The notes under the pieces were generated by a model that was given only the letters and a program-made list of their open reading frames with translations, was not told the origin of the DNA and made no database searches. A program made the position numbers and the translations under genes. From Lytechinus pictus (taxonomy: Eukaryota), in NCBI RefSeq assembly GCF_037042905.1, contig NC_087246.1, positions 3,722,001 to 3,786,000 of the forward strand: a DNA stretch of 64,000 nt, written 5' to 3'. Shown here piece by piece: positions 51,752-64,000 of the stretch. How positions within the stretch are numbered: position 1 is the first letter of the stretch; every line of letters begins with the position of its first letter.

Positions 51752-54700
51752 GTGAGTAAAATATGTTACTAAATCACTGACGAAAAAAAGGAATATCAGT
51801 TAAGATAACATTCATTGATATTATGTTCTTACGTAATGAAGTTTCTATATTAATATAAGCGATATAATGATAGCATAGTCCCACAGTAAATCCAAGTTTG
51901 TAGAAATGGCCTCATTTTTTTAAACATTCGTTACCCTGGCTGTAATTATTAAATTTATTTGTATTCTTCGCAGCACATACATATCAACTTCATTCAATTC
52001 AGTAATAAAATCAATATATTTTGTTTCATTAAAGAGAAATAGGAAGAGGATGAGGATTTTTTTCTAAGTGAAAAAATCAACTTCTCGATAGACAATCACT
52101 GACATCACTTTAACTTAATTGTGTTTAAACCAAATAATAGACTTCATTTATTTACTTACTTTATTAAGTGTACTTGATAAAGTACTAATATCATATTTCA
52201 TCAATGCATCCTATAAACAAATAATGCGCTGGGAAAAAGTTCGTGAAAGTGACTGTTCAATGTCGCTTTCTCTCTGTGTCGAAATGTTAAAACGATTTTG
52301 CACACCGTAATAAAAAAAATCTTCAGACACAAAGATATGAAAGTTATCAAAACAGTTACTTGCACACTCTTAATAAACTTTACATGACTGTATAAACCAG
52401 ACTTCCGCATTAATTAAAAAATATGATTTCTTAATTTCACTTAAATATATACTCAATTAAAAGCGCTTAGATTTGCTGAAAATTTTCTTAAATTTTGTTA
52501 TCTCTCATTAGTTTTTATCAATAAACAAAAACGAATCAACATCAACAGTACCAACAATATACATCCTGTTTACAAAGTTATAAAATTACAAATACATTAA
52601 TGTTTACATTGCCATATCATACTCAAGGGGGGGGGGGGGGGTCAATGCAATACCACTTCAGTACTTTGTTTACCAATGCATACCTGATAAAATACCTTCA
52701 CTTTGTTATATATATTTTCCAATAATATTGCTGGTGAGTTCCTATCCTCCAGAAAACTATGACAATTTCTTCAGGTGGCTTGATTATTTTCTTCTTTTCT
52801 GAAGTATCACATCAGATTTTGTTTGCACTTAACAAGAGCTATAATTGTTGAACGTCTTAACTTAAATCCACGGAATCTACATTTATATACTTTTTTTCTT
52901 TTTAATTTTACGAATATGAATAAGAAATGAATACACTGGTTCACTTGATATGTATTTGCTCCAAATAACATGTCCAAATTGGAAAATGTGAGCACCTTTT
53001 TTTTTTTTACTTCTGATTAATGAGTTGGAATAATTTCTGTCTTAAGGATATTTTTGGGGCAGTTACTTAACAAGTGAAATGTAGTTTCTATAGAGTATTA
53101 CAACATGCAGTATTAGGGATGTCCTTTTTTATTTTGAATATAAAGGAATTTAATCCAATAGTTTTATGAAAATTCTAAAATTAAAGCGAACCTACTTGAG
53201 TTTCTATTGTACATTTATAATTTCTTAAGTGAACAGTTGACCACGTAATGTCAGTATCCATTGATAAAAACCATTCCACCAAGTTATTATTTTTTCACAA
53301 GAGACTTCATGACTTTGCCTTATGATGACGTAAGCATACTATGATATTTTGCTTCATCATCATCTCACTAATCATATTTTTATCAAATAAGTTTGTATTT
53401 CTTCCATCTCTGATAGTATTAAATTCTGTGACTAAGTCTTCATAGAAATTTTCATCCCTTAAGTATAAAAAAGCGTATTCCTATAATATCAGACTATTAA
53501 GGGAGAAGAAGTTTTGTCACGTGGAGAAGGTTTACGGTTCACCATGTGTAATATGAAGAAGGGAAGGAAATACAGGCAGAAAATTGAAATGGAAAGACGA
53601 GAAAGGGTGCAATGAGGAAATTAGAAGTATTCTTTTTCTTGAAAGTGAGTGAAGTCCTGGAAAGGACTGTAAACCAGATGAGGTGAGCTGAATTTGGCTT
53701 GAGTAGCGATGGTTTGAGTAGTAGCAGGATGAAGTGAAGAGAGGTTACTCGACGTTTCGGGCAGGTTGACTGTCCGTCTTCAACAATGTCCCTAAATGCA
53801 TACCAATATATTTGTAAATCTTCAGCCAGTCGAGAGTTCTCCGACTTATACAAAACCCATTTAGGAGCATTAGCCCTCCACAAACATCAGGATGACATCT
53901 CAACAAGACCTATATTTCAATTGAGAAACCTAAAAACGTTGATACCCTATGTATTTTCTGAGCTTCAGTATCACGGGATCAATCAAACGTAAGCTTCATG
54001 AATCATAATCATTACACCCTTTTCTGAAAATTTTAAAGAAAATACTTTTCAGATGCTTAGAAAAGTAAGGAACATCAATACACAATGTCTATAATGAGCA
54101 TAAATAGAGTGATTTGGAGTAGAAGCGGTGTTTAAATTATATCGATTTTCCCCAGAAGTGAAAGATTTCTTTGGTGCCAGCAGTTAAGAATTACTTTGGA
54201 CCTAATAATAACTTTGTAATAACTTTGGACGGTAATTCTACTCATAAAGATACTTTACATTAAATAAAAAAAATATTTCTAAAGCTTTAAAAATAATTCA
54301 TATGTTTAATCATTCGAAAGTTTGGTATTTTGTAATTTTTGATAATTTTTATTTATTTTATTTATTTATTTATTTTATTGTAACATATTTATTCAGGATA
54401 AAGATAAAACATGATCAACCGAGGCTGTTTTACATCATGGTCCTGACACACACAAAATATATACAATGAATAATTCAAAAATGTGATAAATGGCAATTTA
54501 AGATCGTCATTATGTCAAATTTATGTTCGTATTTGAAGATCTAAGGTGCCCCAATTATTTTGTAGCGGGAGTGCATTTCCTCTAATGCTAATCATATTTC
54601 GACAAATTAAACTTTGCATTCAGATGCCATAGTAAGTGCACTTGTTTTACCTACAAACGTTTGTAACTGAGCACAAGAGCATGGAAGCGTTTCATGAAAG

Positions 54701-57700
54701 GATTTGCCAGACGTTTTATCCGACAAGTCCTATTTTTCCGACAGTTACCATAGCAACTAGGTCTGTTGGCCAATCAGAATCAAGGAAAATTGTGAGATCT
54801 GGCAACTTGTTAGACACAAATGTAGATGACACGCTCCCCATATTGCCAGTCGTGCGTAACGTCATGAACTTGAGGACACCAGTCATGCCTATCATGTCTA
54901 TAGGGTCATAATGCATGACTGTACACAGCGGGGCTTGGGTTGAGACAGGGGACAGTCTACTCCATCAAAAACAAAAATCTTTATTTAAAATTTCAACAAC
55001 AAGAAAAATCAAGTATAGTCTACACTAGATCATTTTTTTTTAAATTCAAGAATAAAAAAAATACATCGAAGTAAGCTTGGGCGCTTTGTTCCCCGCGCAA
55101 TATTCTCTCAAGAATTCTGCGTAAACGGCCATGTGTTATTCCCCTCCAAATATCACCTTGTTTTCAGGTCTGTCCTCCACGTTGCACTACTGTGGCTCCT
55201 CTTTCAAGGAGTTTTTGACTATTTCTTTTGAAGAACAAACATCAAGAAAAGAATTACAAAAAAGGTTATCGACATGGAGATGTATGCAGAACACATGACC
55301 TAGGTTTTGTAGTGACTGGTGGAAACGAAGTTCACAGGCCTCCTATCATTTTCTTGAAGATTTATATTATGCCATTACACACATACTGTTTTCCGCATTG
55401 TATTGCTGTCTGGATATTTCGACTCCTACATAACCAAACGGATTTGCAATGCCATAAACTTCATACCCTTTAATTAATTTTTAAAACATGGTTTTACTAC
55501 TTTTTTATCACAAATCTTTACAATGGATACCTTGTATCTTCTCTACCACCATGACCATCCCCGTTCATAGTAGTCACTTAGATTCTTGTATTCACACAAC
55601 GATGGCATTCCCAACATTTTGGAGTCATAATTCATTGTCGTAATTTCAAAGGTGAAAACTAGTATTTACAACCCTCGCAAATGGTGGGATAATAAAAAAA
55701 GCTTGTAAAAACTTGAACGGAGGTTGTAACCATCGTCAAATCGCCATTATAAATTAGGTTTTGTGACCTATTAACATCATTCACTGAAAGTCTTTAAGCA
55801 GAGCGGAATGCATCATCAGGGGAGCGTTTCATGAAAGGACTTGTCGGACGTTTTATCCGACAAGTCCCATTTTATCCGACAGTTACCATAGTAACAGTAC
55901 CTCTCAGCCAATCAACATCAGAGAAAGATGTCAGATCTGACAACTTGTCGGATGAAAATGTTGATGAAACACTCCCCAGGACCCCGTCTTACAAAGAGTT
56001 ACGATTGATCCAATCAACCATAATTACGGAAAGCCAACAACATCTATATAAAACACATGCTTGCTCATATTATTTTCTAGATATGATATATGCATTCACA
56101 GTTTTCTTAAAAATTCAGTGTGCTTCTCTTTGTTTACAAAGGACATTGTGCAAATTTTCTGAAGAAAATATTATGACGTTGATGGATATAGTTGAGGTTG
56201 ATCAGATCAATCGTAAATCTTTGTAAGACAGGGCCCAGGTGTGAATCCAGTATTACATTAATGAAGGAATACAGAAAGTGGAAAGTTTCAGGATTTTCTG
56301 ACAAAAAAAAGGAAAAGTTCTCGCTAGAAATCTACGAAAAGCATGACATAGGGGGGGGGGGATGAATACGCGCCTCTGTCCCATTGGATCCGTGACCTTG
56401 TCTCAGGGTTTAAATAGTGTAATTATTTATGAATATGTATGTTTGTATTATTGATATTTGCACATCCAAGACATCTGTAAGAATGTTCATATACGATTTC
56501 CCCTCTCTCTTTCTCTCTAAAGGTGACAGTGCTAGTTGTTTATTTATAGAGGGTATAGACGACCTATAAAGATGAAGTTGTTTTTCCAGAAATTATTGAA
56601 TAACAGGGATAATATAATGGCACGACACATACCTTCAAGTTCAAGTTTTTATTTTCATTTCCATCATTAAAATTATAAACAAATACAAATAAAATATACA
56701 TCATATACAAATACAAATGAAATATGATCACAATTATTACAAATCAACTACAAATTCCAAAACATTTGTAAAACATTTTTAACAAAATCTTGTTTGGAAA
56801 TGAGGGGATCAACTAAAAAAAAACATTGCTTAGCGTGGATCCCTTAAGAATATATCTTGTTTTATTCTTCTTTTTCATTCGTTTTTTTTTTTTCAATTTT
56901 CTTCCTCTTTTTCTTCTCTACCTCCCTTTTCACTTCTTGAAAACTCATAAAGGCAGTCGCCCCTTTCTTTTTTCTTTCATGATCTCTTCAAGTCACTTGT
57001 CTTCATGGTCACAGTCCACCCCTTTCTCCCTCTGTCTTCCCACATTTCTCTTTTCATCAACTTAACTGTTTCATTTCTAACTTCTATCTGCACTAGTTGT
57101 AACTTTTAGCATCCGTTACATTTTGTCTTCATCGTAAATTTGGATCGCACCTTTTGAAACGAATGAAAACTTAAATCAATATGGTTTCAGAAAAAGTCAT
57201 TTAACTGACCTCGCTTCAATTACATAATAAAATAGCCAACAAAGAACATGTAATAGGAGTATTTATGGACCTATCAAAGGCCTTTGATACGCTAGACCAC
57301 CAAATTTTACTTCAAAAACTTATGTAATTCGTGTTGTTGCTCTGTCCTGGTTTAAAAGCTATTCAACCAACAGAAAACAATATGTGGTGTATAATGATGT
57401 TTCTTCAACTTTTTTACCAATCCGATGCGGTGTCCCACAAGGATCGATATTAGGTTCATTACTTTTTTTGTTATATATCAATGACTTAACCAATAAAACT
57501 TCCTTTTTCTCGTTTATATTATTTACAGATGACACTAACATATTTTACTCACATCATTACCTTATACACCCTAGTTAATACACTTGATAATGAGTTACTA
57601 AAATTATCTTTATGGTATAAATGTAATAACTTGTCTCTCAATATCAGCAAAATTAATTTAATTAACGTCGTTTAATTGCCCAGTTGAACTTACAAACTTG

Positions 57701-60430
57701 AAACTTCTTGATCGATAGTCAAACTAAGTAAGAGAAGGAGTAAGTATGTAAGTAATGATTACTATGATAAAGTGGTATTTTTTAGTCTTGAGTCTCGATT
57801 TAGTATATTACCTACAATCCTTCACTTAATACTTAGCCTACCTACTTATAATAATCTTAAAATCTACAAATTACGAAAAAGGTGGGGTTTTAATGCTTTT
57901 CTGAAAATTCATAGTGATGAAGACTGTCTAATGACAAGAGGCAAGTCATCATTATACCAAACTTCAAGTGAAATCATTTTACTTCTTGGAATTTTGACAT
58001 TCAATGCGAAAAATTGGCGTCGTATCAGAACATGTGGTGTGTACCTTTGTTTTGATATTCAATGATTTGATGAGGATGAATCATAAATCATACAAGAAGA
58101 TGATATAATGTATGTCCTCAATAGACGAGGATGAAAAATGTCTTACTTAATTCAACATTGACTTGGAAAGACAATGCATCTTTTTTTCCTCTACTCCTTG
58201 CTTTTTATCTTGTCACCCAGTTTATGATTGTTGTTGAACACTTCGAACATAGATTGATCCCATGCGTATGATGACATCATGTACGTTAATATTTTGAGAT
58301 ATTTTGTCCCTCAATGGGGGAGGGGGCGAGATGACCCTTTCTCCCTTGTAGGCTACTGGATAAAATTCGAAAGGGAGGCGGGGTCCCGAGGATCGCCGCC
58401 GGCCATGGATGAGGTGTATTCTGTACAATGAAGGCAAACTAGGGTTCACTTTTCTGTCTGTTCTATAATTTCTGTAAAATCCTCACACCTACATTCATTC
58501 ATTCATTTAGTAATACATAAAGGAGACTCTAACCACAAATATCATAATATGGATATAGCTTGCCCGACGACTAGGAACCGACCGACCGTTTTTATTATAA
58601 ATGATAAAACAAATATCAAACTTGCGGAACACCGTTCTTGATATGTATTAGAAATCACATACACATACATAGAGTAACAGTGACACATGAACCGACCTCT
58701 TACTCTAGATTACGCGGCAGGTCAGAACAGTTGAAAAAAACAGAGATAAAACTCGATGAGCAACAACTCTGGAAAAACTGTGAGAGACTTTTGCAAAACC
58801 CCCCTTTAAATTTGTTTATCAGATTACCATAAATTGTAAGAATTTGAACACTTTCATTTTGCAAATTTTAAATTCTGTAAATTTGTCGTGACGAAGAGAA
58901 CAACCTAGGGTGCGTTTATCCGCCACTTTTTTACCCTATAATCATGATTCCAATCATGATTCAAATCACGATTCTGCAGAATCACGATTGCGTTTAGTCG
59001 AAATTGAATATAATCATGATTAGAATCACAAACATGAACTACGAAAAAAAGGGCGTTTGGAAAGACGTTTCTGCAGAATCACGTACGAAAATGTTCGGAT
59101 AAACGATATCGTGATTTGAATCATGATTATATGACGTCATTGTGTCGAGCTATTTCCGGTTCTTGCCAAGGCGCGCGCCCCACGTTGTCACATCACATGT
59201 ACGTCGCCGACCTCCAATTAAGTGTCCAACGTTGACCTATACTTCCTGGGTCAAACTGCGCACTGTGATGCGCACTGGATCGGTCCGAATCCGAGGAGAA
59301 ACAGCGTTGGAACGAAGGTCGTCTAAACCCTGATTCTGTAGTAATTGTGATTCATGTTTGTGATTTGAATCATGATTCCAATCATGATTCAAATCACGAT
59401 TCTGGCTTGAGGTCGGATAAACGCAGCCCTAGAATGATAGCGCTTACCGCACGTTATCCTTTCTTACCGCGCTCCAATGCACCAATGCACTTTTAATTAC
59501 ATTCCACGGAGGCTTCGAACCCCATTGACTAAGCATTCCTGCAAAGTTTACGAACATTAACGAAACAAACAACGCAGGTAAATGATATTTCTCTCTCTCT
59601 CTTTCTTTCATCTCCACAGTTGCGTATGTTCTCTCTGGAGTATCGCCGCTATAGCCGTCAACAGGTACATAGCAATTTGTCATCGGTTAACCTATCGGAG
59701 GATCTACAACAAAGGTAACCTCTGGATTCATCTAATGTTCCCATGGCTTGGAGGAGTTCTTCTGGATATCCCCAACTTTGCGGGATGGAACAGCCACAAG
59801 TTTATCGAAGAATATATGATGTGTACTTATGATATCAAAGGTAGATTGAGCTACGTTCTATTTCTTACGATCATGGCGGTCGGACTTCCGATCGTAGTCA
59901 TATCCTTCAGCTATATTTGCATCTATATTTACGCGTACTCATCCAGCCACGAGCTTAAGAAGTTTGCTGGCTCCTCGTCAATGAAACCGCGGATGAAGAA
60001 GAAGCTTCGGCAAACCGATGTAAAGCTCTTACGATCGATTTCAATCTTATTGCTCGCATACACCATCTTCTGGTTTCCAGCATCTTTGCTAACATTGGTT
60101 GACAGTGATCACGTGGTTCCTGACAGCGTATACATGTCCGTGGCGTTTCTCGCGCATTTCAATAGTAGCGTTAATAGCGTCATTTACGGGATGACCAACG
60201 AGAACTTCCGGAAAGGTTACAAAAAGTTCTTTTTGGTCGCATTAAGATGTAGACGCATCGATTGTTCATTTAATCCTGAGACAACTGGAATGGCATCGGG
60301 AGGATCTGTAAATGATCATAATGATCACAATCATGTTAAGTGCAAATCTAACTTTGAAAATAAATTTGCTTTCATCGATCCAGACACTGGTATCCGAAGA
60401 GAACTAGACTCTGTTCCTTGTAACATTTAG
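51366..60430 (+). CDS. Melatonin-receptor-like class A GPCR, 2 exons (51366-51751, 59620-60430), 398 aa
   Basis: Seven hydrophobic segments; GN (TM1), NLAIADL (TM2), NRY instead of DRY (IAVNRYIAICH), FWFP (TM6), AHFNSSVNSVIYGMTNENFR (TM7); phase-2 intron TG|gtgagt...ccacag|T; N-terminal N-glycosylation sequons. The start ATG is uncertain because in-frame ATGs exist upstream. Confidence 0.9.
53550..53800 (-). mobile_element. Probable Penelope-like element terminal-repeat fragment
   Basis: Minus strand reads TTGAAGA-stem-GAAACGTCG followed by pyrimidine-rich sequence. Confidence 0.45.
54683..54839. mobile_element. MITE with internal CCAAT (same family as 55819-55977)
   Basis: GGAAGCGTTTCAT ... 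ATGACACGCTCCCC; colinear with 55819-55977. Confidence 0.75.
55819..56236. mobile_element. Two abutting MITEs of different families (55819-55977 and 55979-56236)
   Basis: GGGGAGCGTTTCAT...ATGAAACACTCCCC then GGACCCCGTCTTACAAAGA...TCTTTGTAAGACAGGGCCC, with CAG at the junctions. Confidence 0.8.
57150..57660 (+). mobile_element. Decayed CR1/L2-group LINE reverse transcriptase fragment
   Basis: QYGFRK, GVFMDLSKAFDTLDHQILLQKL, GVPQGSILGSLLFLLYINDL, FTDDTN, with stops and frameshifts. Confidence 0.88.
58908..59428. mobile_element. Harbinger-like MITE with AATCATGATT subterminal repeats
   Basis: GGGTGCGTTTATCCG / CGGATAAACGCAGCC; 3-bp TSD (CTA or TAG); many AATCAYGATT palindromes. Confidence 0.8.
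59620..60430 (+). CDS. GPCR exon 2 (TM3 to C-terminus)
   Basis: Polypyrimidine tract + cag; CVCSLWSIAAIAVNRY...; ends TAG. Confidence 0.92.
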
Positions 60431-62517
60431 GTTCTGCTGTTGGAAATAAATAATATAGGATGCTATTGAATTACTAACGTGTAAGTTAGGATGCCGAAAA
60501 TAACATTAAAAATGATGATAATAATAATAATAAACAATAACAATAATAATAATGGGGAAAAAATATTAGTCAGTTTTGTATAGCGCATAACACTTAACGT
60601 CTCTATATGCGCTTCAGAAATAAAGGAGAAGAAGAGATGTGTTGATGCGTTCATATTGAAGGAACGATTTCTTACTTTGTGAATGTTGATGACGTGTTGG
60701 CTTATAGACAGTGACGTCGACTAAATCATTTAAGTATGAAGAAGCATGTCCATAGAAAATAACAAAATCTTAAATTGGATTCGAAACTGGACTGGTATCC
60801 AATATAAATGCTGTAAGACAGGGATATGTTATCACTTTCTTTTGTACGAGTAACGAGTCGTGCTGCAGAAGTTTTTTGAATTTGGCGATTGGGTAAGTGG
60901 TAAGTAAACCATTGCAGAAATCAAAGTGGCATATAACAAATATGTTGTTATTCATATTAAATTTTCAATTGGACTACCTTACTACCCTACCCACCTCGAG
61001 TCCTCAACTACTCATATCTGGCCAGGTCTACCACCCATAATACAACATTCTGAACAATGTAGTCTTGTAATAATATATGCCAACTTGAATGGTAACTACT
61101 AATTCACCACTCATTCATGTTACCGAGTAGCAAAACAATTGATTTTCCTTTAAAAAAAATCATCGTTTTTTCCTCCACGGAAATAAAATTACAGGTTAAT
61201 TCATTCTCTGTATTACTGATCGTTATCTCAAATGATATACTTAAGACTGGCTTATTACAACATGGTGTTATGTATAACATACAATCAATGAGAGACAACA
61301 CAAGACAGCGCTGGTCAGTTTGCTTCTCGTTTTAACTGTGGTGAAAACAAAATGTAGCTTTTGCAAAACTATAGTTTCAAATTGTAATAACTAAGAAAAA
61401 GGATACACTGTCATGACGTGGATCACGAGTATAGTGAGACTATAATTTTTTTTATATAAAGCGGTGTAGTAGCTGCTATGTTTTAATTGCTCTGCCGACA
61501 AATCAATGTATTATTTTGGGCATGTTGCTTATTACAGTGTGTTCTGTTGAGCTGTATCACACATCGGCTAGATCTGGCAAGTGGTATATGTCTTAAAATT
61601 TTATTTTCTTATGTCCCCTCTCCCTTTCAATCCATTTGCTGCTTCCCCCTTTCACTCTCCTTATCCTCCGATTACTTTATCTAATTCTCTTTCTCTTTCT
61701 CTCTTACCTTTTCTTTTCATTCTCCTTTCAGTTTTTGTTTTGGGGTAAGGGGGGGGGGGTAAGGCACGCCCCCCCCCCTGGATCTGCGTCTGCTCTCATG
61801 AACGTTACATAAATATAGACAAGATATGAATTGATCATCTTCGGGGGTGGTGCACAGTATATGGACAAAAATTGCCATATTATTGAAACTGTAATTAAAA
61901 ATGATTGATTTTACATTGAAAAGTACAATGAGTGGTTGTAAATTAAAAATATGTTCTTGATGATAGGGAATCCCACCCAAATAAAAAGTCGTTTTTAAAA
62001 GGAAAACTTAAATACAACTGTAAAATAGATTTATTGTCATGGTATTCTCTGTAATTATATTTTGTGATTTGTGGTCTCTATGCTTCTCCAACCGAATTAT
62101 ATTATGGTATATATAAGACAAGAAGTTAAGACCCGAGGAAAGAACAAAGAAGAAGGAACTGAAATAGCTTAATATTGCCCTATTCTACTACGTGTGTACG
62201 TTCACAGCAAAAACTATGGCGTTAACCATAGAGGACCACACCAGTTATTTTACAGCGGTGTTGAATTGACAGTCCCGACCTTTCGTTCGAGAACGCGAAG
62301 GCTTATTTACAACGGTAGATTTTGGAAGAGACTTTTGGGCCCGTCGTCATGGTCGTAAAACTCTGTCCTGCAATGCAATTTGTGTGACATGAGATTTTTG
62401 TTCGTTTCGCATCTGGAAGGAAAACAATCTGCGTTCCGTGTGCAAAATTCTGGTTATATCCGATTTAGGACGACTTTCCAGAGCCACATTTGATTCCGCC
62501 CAGAGCTCGAGAGGCCG

Positions 62518-62818
62518 CCAGGGGGGCCACTTCCATTGAAGAGTGGATACCAGGCGCGACCACGCGTAAAAAGTGAAAGAGTGGGCAAGTACGTTACGTA
62601 TAGGCCTATGTAACGTTATAAGGGTGTCAAAAACGATGTTTAAAATACTGAAAAGGGGGATATATATTTCCAATACTTGTAGGGTTTTACAAGCTAAATA
62701 CTTGTTAAGGGATGCATTTTCATAATCTGGAAAAGACTTGCTTCCCTCGTTTAGGGTGATTTTCGAAACCCCATGGTCGCGCCTGGTATCCACTTATCAA
62801 TGGAAGTGGTCCCCCGGG
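62518..62818. mobile_element. MITE with about 45-bp TIR
   Basis: GGGGGCCACTTCCATTGAAGAGTGGATACCAGGCGCGACCA / TGGTCGCGCCTGGTATCCACTTATCAATGGAAGTGGTCCCCC. Confidence 0.8.
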
Positions 62819-64000
62819 AATTTGAATCTAATCCCCCATTTCTGGGGAAAGTAAAACGTAATGCCCATTACATGGTGTGCTAGAGGCATATCGTTTGTGT
62901 AGAAGGAGTAAACAAAAGAAAAAACCCGCAAATTCGACTGAAGTTCAGACGAATTTGGCCTACTGCATGCTGTGTACATATCAACGCATGCGAAATGGTT
63001 TCGGCTGGAGAGGTGATCTGACCCATGGAATCAATTGCCAGTGATCCACCAATAATCCACATTAAATGCAATATCGATTCGATGGACTGTAATGATCTAT
63101 ATCTAAGCCTTAATTCAGTAACTTTTGCCTCACTCAATATGTACTCGATTTGTTTGAAAAACCACTTTCTTATCCATATGTCATAATCTATACGATGATG
63201 ACTATCAGTCGTAATGTACATGGATGTATGGTGCGGGTGTACGTGTCGCGGGAAAGAATTTTGCACACGAAAAGCAGATCTGTAGGGCCTGTAACCCCCC
63301 TGTAACACAAAGCTTAGCATTGATTGTAGAGCAGTTTTCTACGTTTGATTCTATTGACAATAATGTACAATCAATCTTAAAAATCAAGTGTATGATTAAG
63401 CGTCAACTTTTGTGTAAGAAGACTCTAATATTAGCGTCCGTGAGGATTGCGAAAGGTCCCAAGTGTTAGTTTAACCATGGACCTATTCGTTATAGGTCCA
63501 TGGTTTAACACCCAGGGGCGGATCCAGCTTTCGCCAATAGGGGGGGGGGGCCAAAAAAAATTACCCATATTGTTCTACATTGTTCCTCCAAAAATTATTT
63601 TACAAACCTTACACCCCCTTCTTTCTCTCCCCTCTCTCTGTCCGTCTGTCTCTCTCCCTCTCTTTGTCTACCCTTCTCCCCATGTCTATCCACCTGATTT
63701 TTATTTGTTTCTTGAAGGGGTAGTCCTAACAGTCACTTCTTAGCTTTATTCTCACAAAACATAAATAAATAGTCTCTTATAAGCCCTAATTGAATAGTGC
63801 GAGCGCTAGCTATTTTTTTTAAAGGAAATTTTATGTATTTTGTCCTGAAAATTGAAAATTCTGAGCAACAATTGTGATTTTGAACAAGATGTGTATGTAA
63901 CTAAATAATTACTGCGAGCGCGAAATTTTTTATATATTTTTTTAAATATAGAAAACAGACCTTAAAGACTATTTGCAGTTACCCATGAAAAAGATACGTA

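Noticed and set aside
62347..63743. Several 60-148 aa ORFs near the window end
   Set aside because: They overlap MITEs and have no recognisable domains or splice-consistent structure.

Overview
AT-rich, intron-rich animal genomic DNA. The repeat types suggest a marine invertebrate deuterostome such as a sea urchin (inference). Two protein-coding genes lie on the + strand. (1) The 3' three-quarters of a membrane-associated phosphatidylinositol transfer protein gene (PITPNM/rdgB/Nir family): 16 GT-AG exons from 6249 to 37809, about 955 codons, with FFAT, DDHD and LNS2 regions. Its N-terminal PITP domain is presumably upstream of the window. (2) A complete two-exon melatonin-receptor-like class A GPCR (51366-51751 + 59620-60430, 398 aa). 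Introns and intergenic DNA are full of mobile elements: a 3.2 kb TTAA-flanked Kolobok-like element, a 4.4 kb foldback element, a Tx1/L1 LINE carrying a nested Helentron-type element and a SINE, nested HINEs, tRNA-derived SINEs and many MITEs. The most unusual feature is an 82-bp tandem array (29701-31949) made of copies of a real intron/exon junction of PITPNM. It places 25 near-identical decoy splice acceptors, each leading to an in-frame stop, directly in front of the true exon. Most ORFs in the supplied track are spurious.
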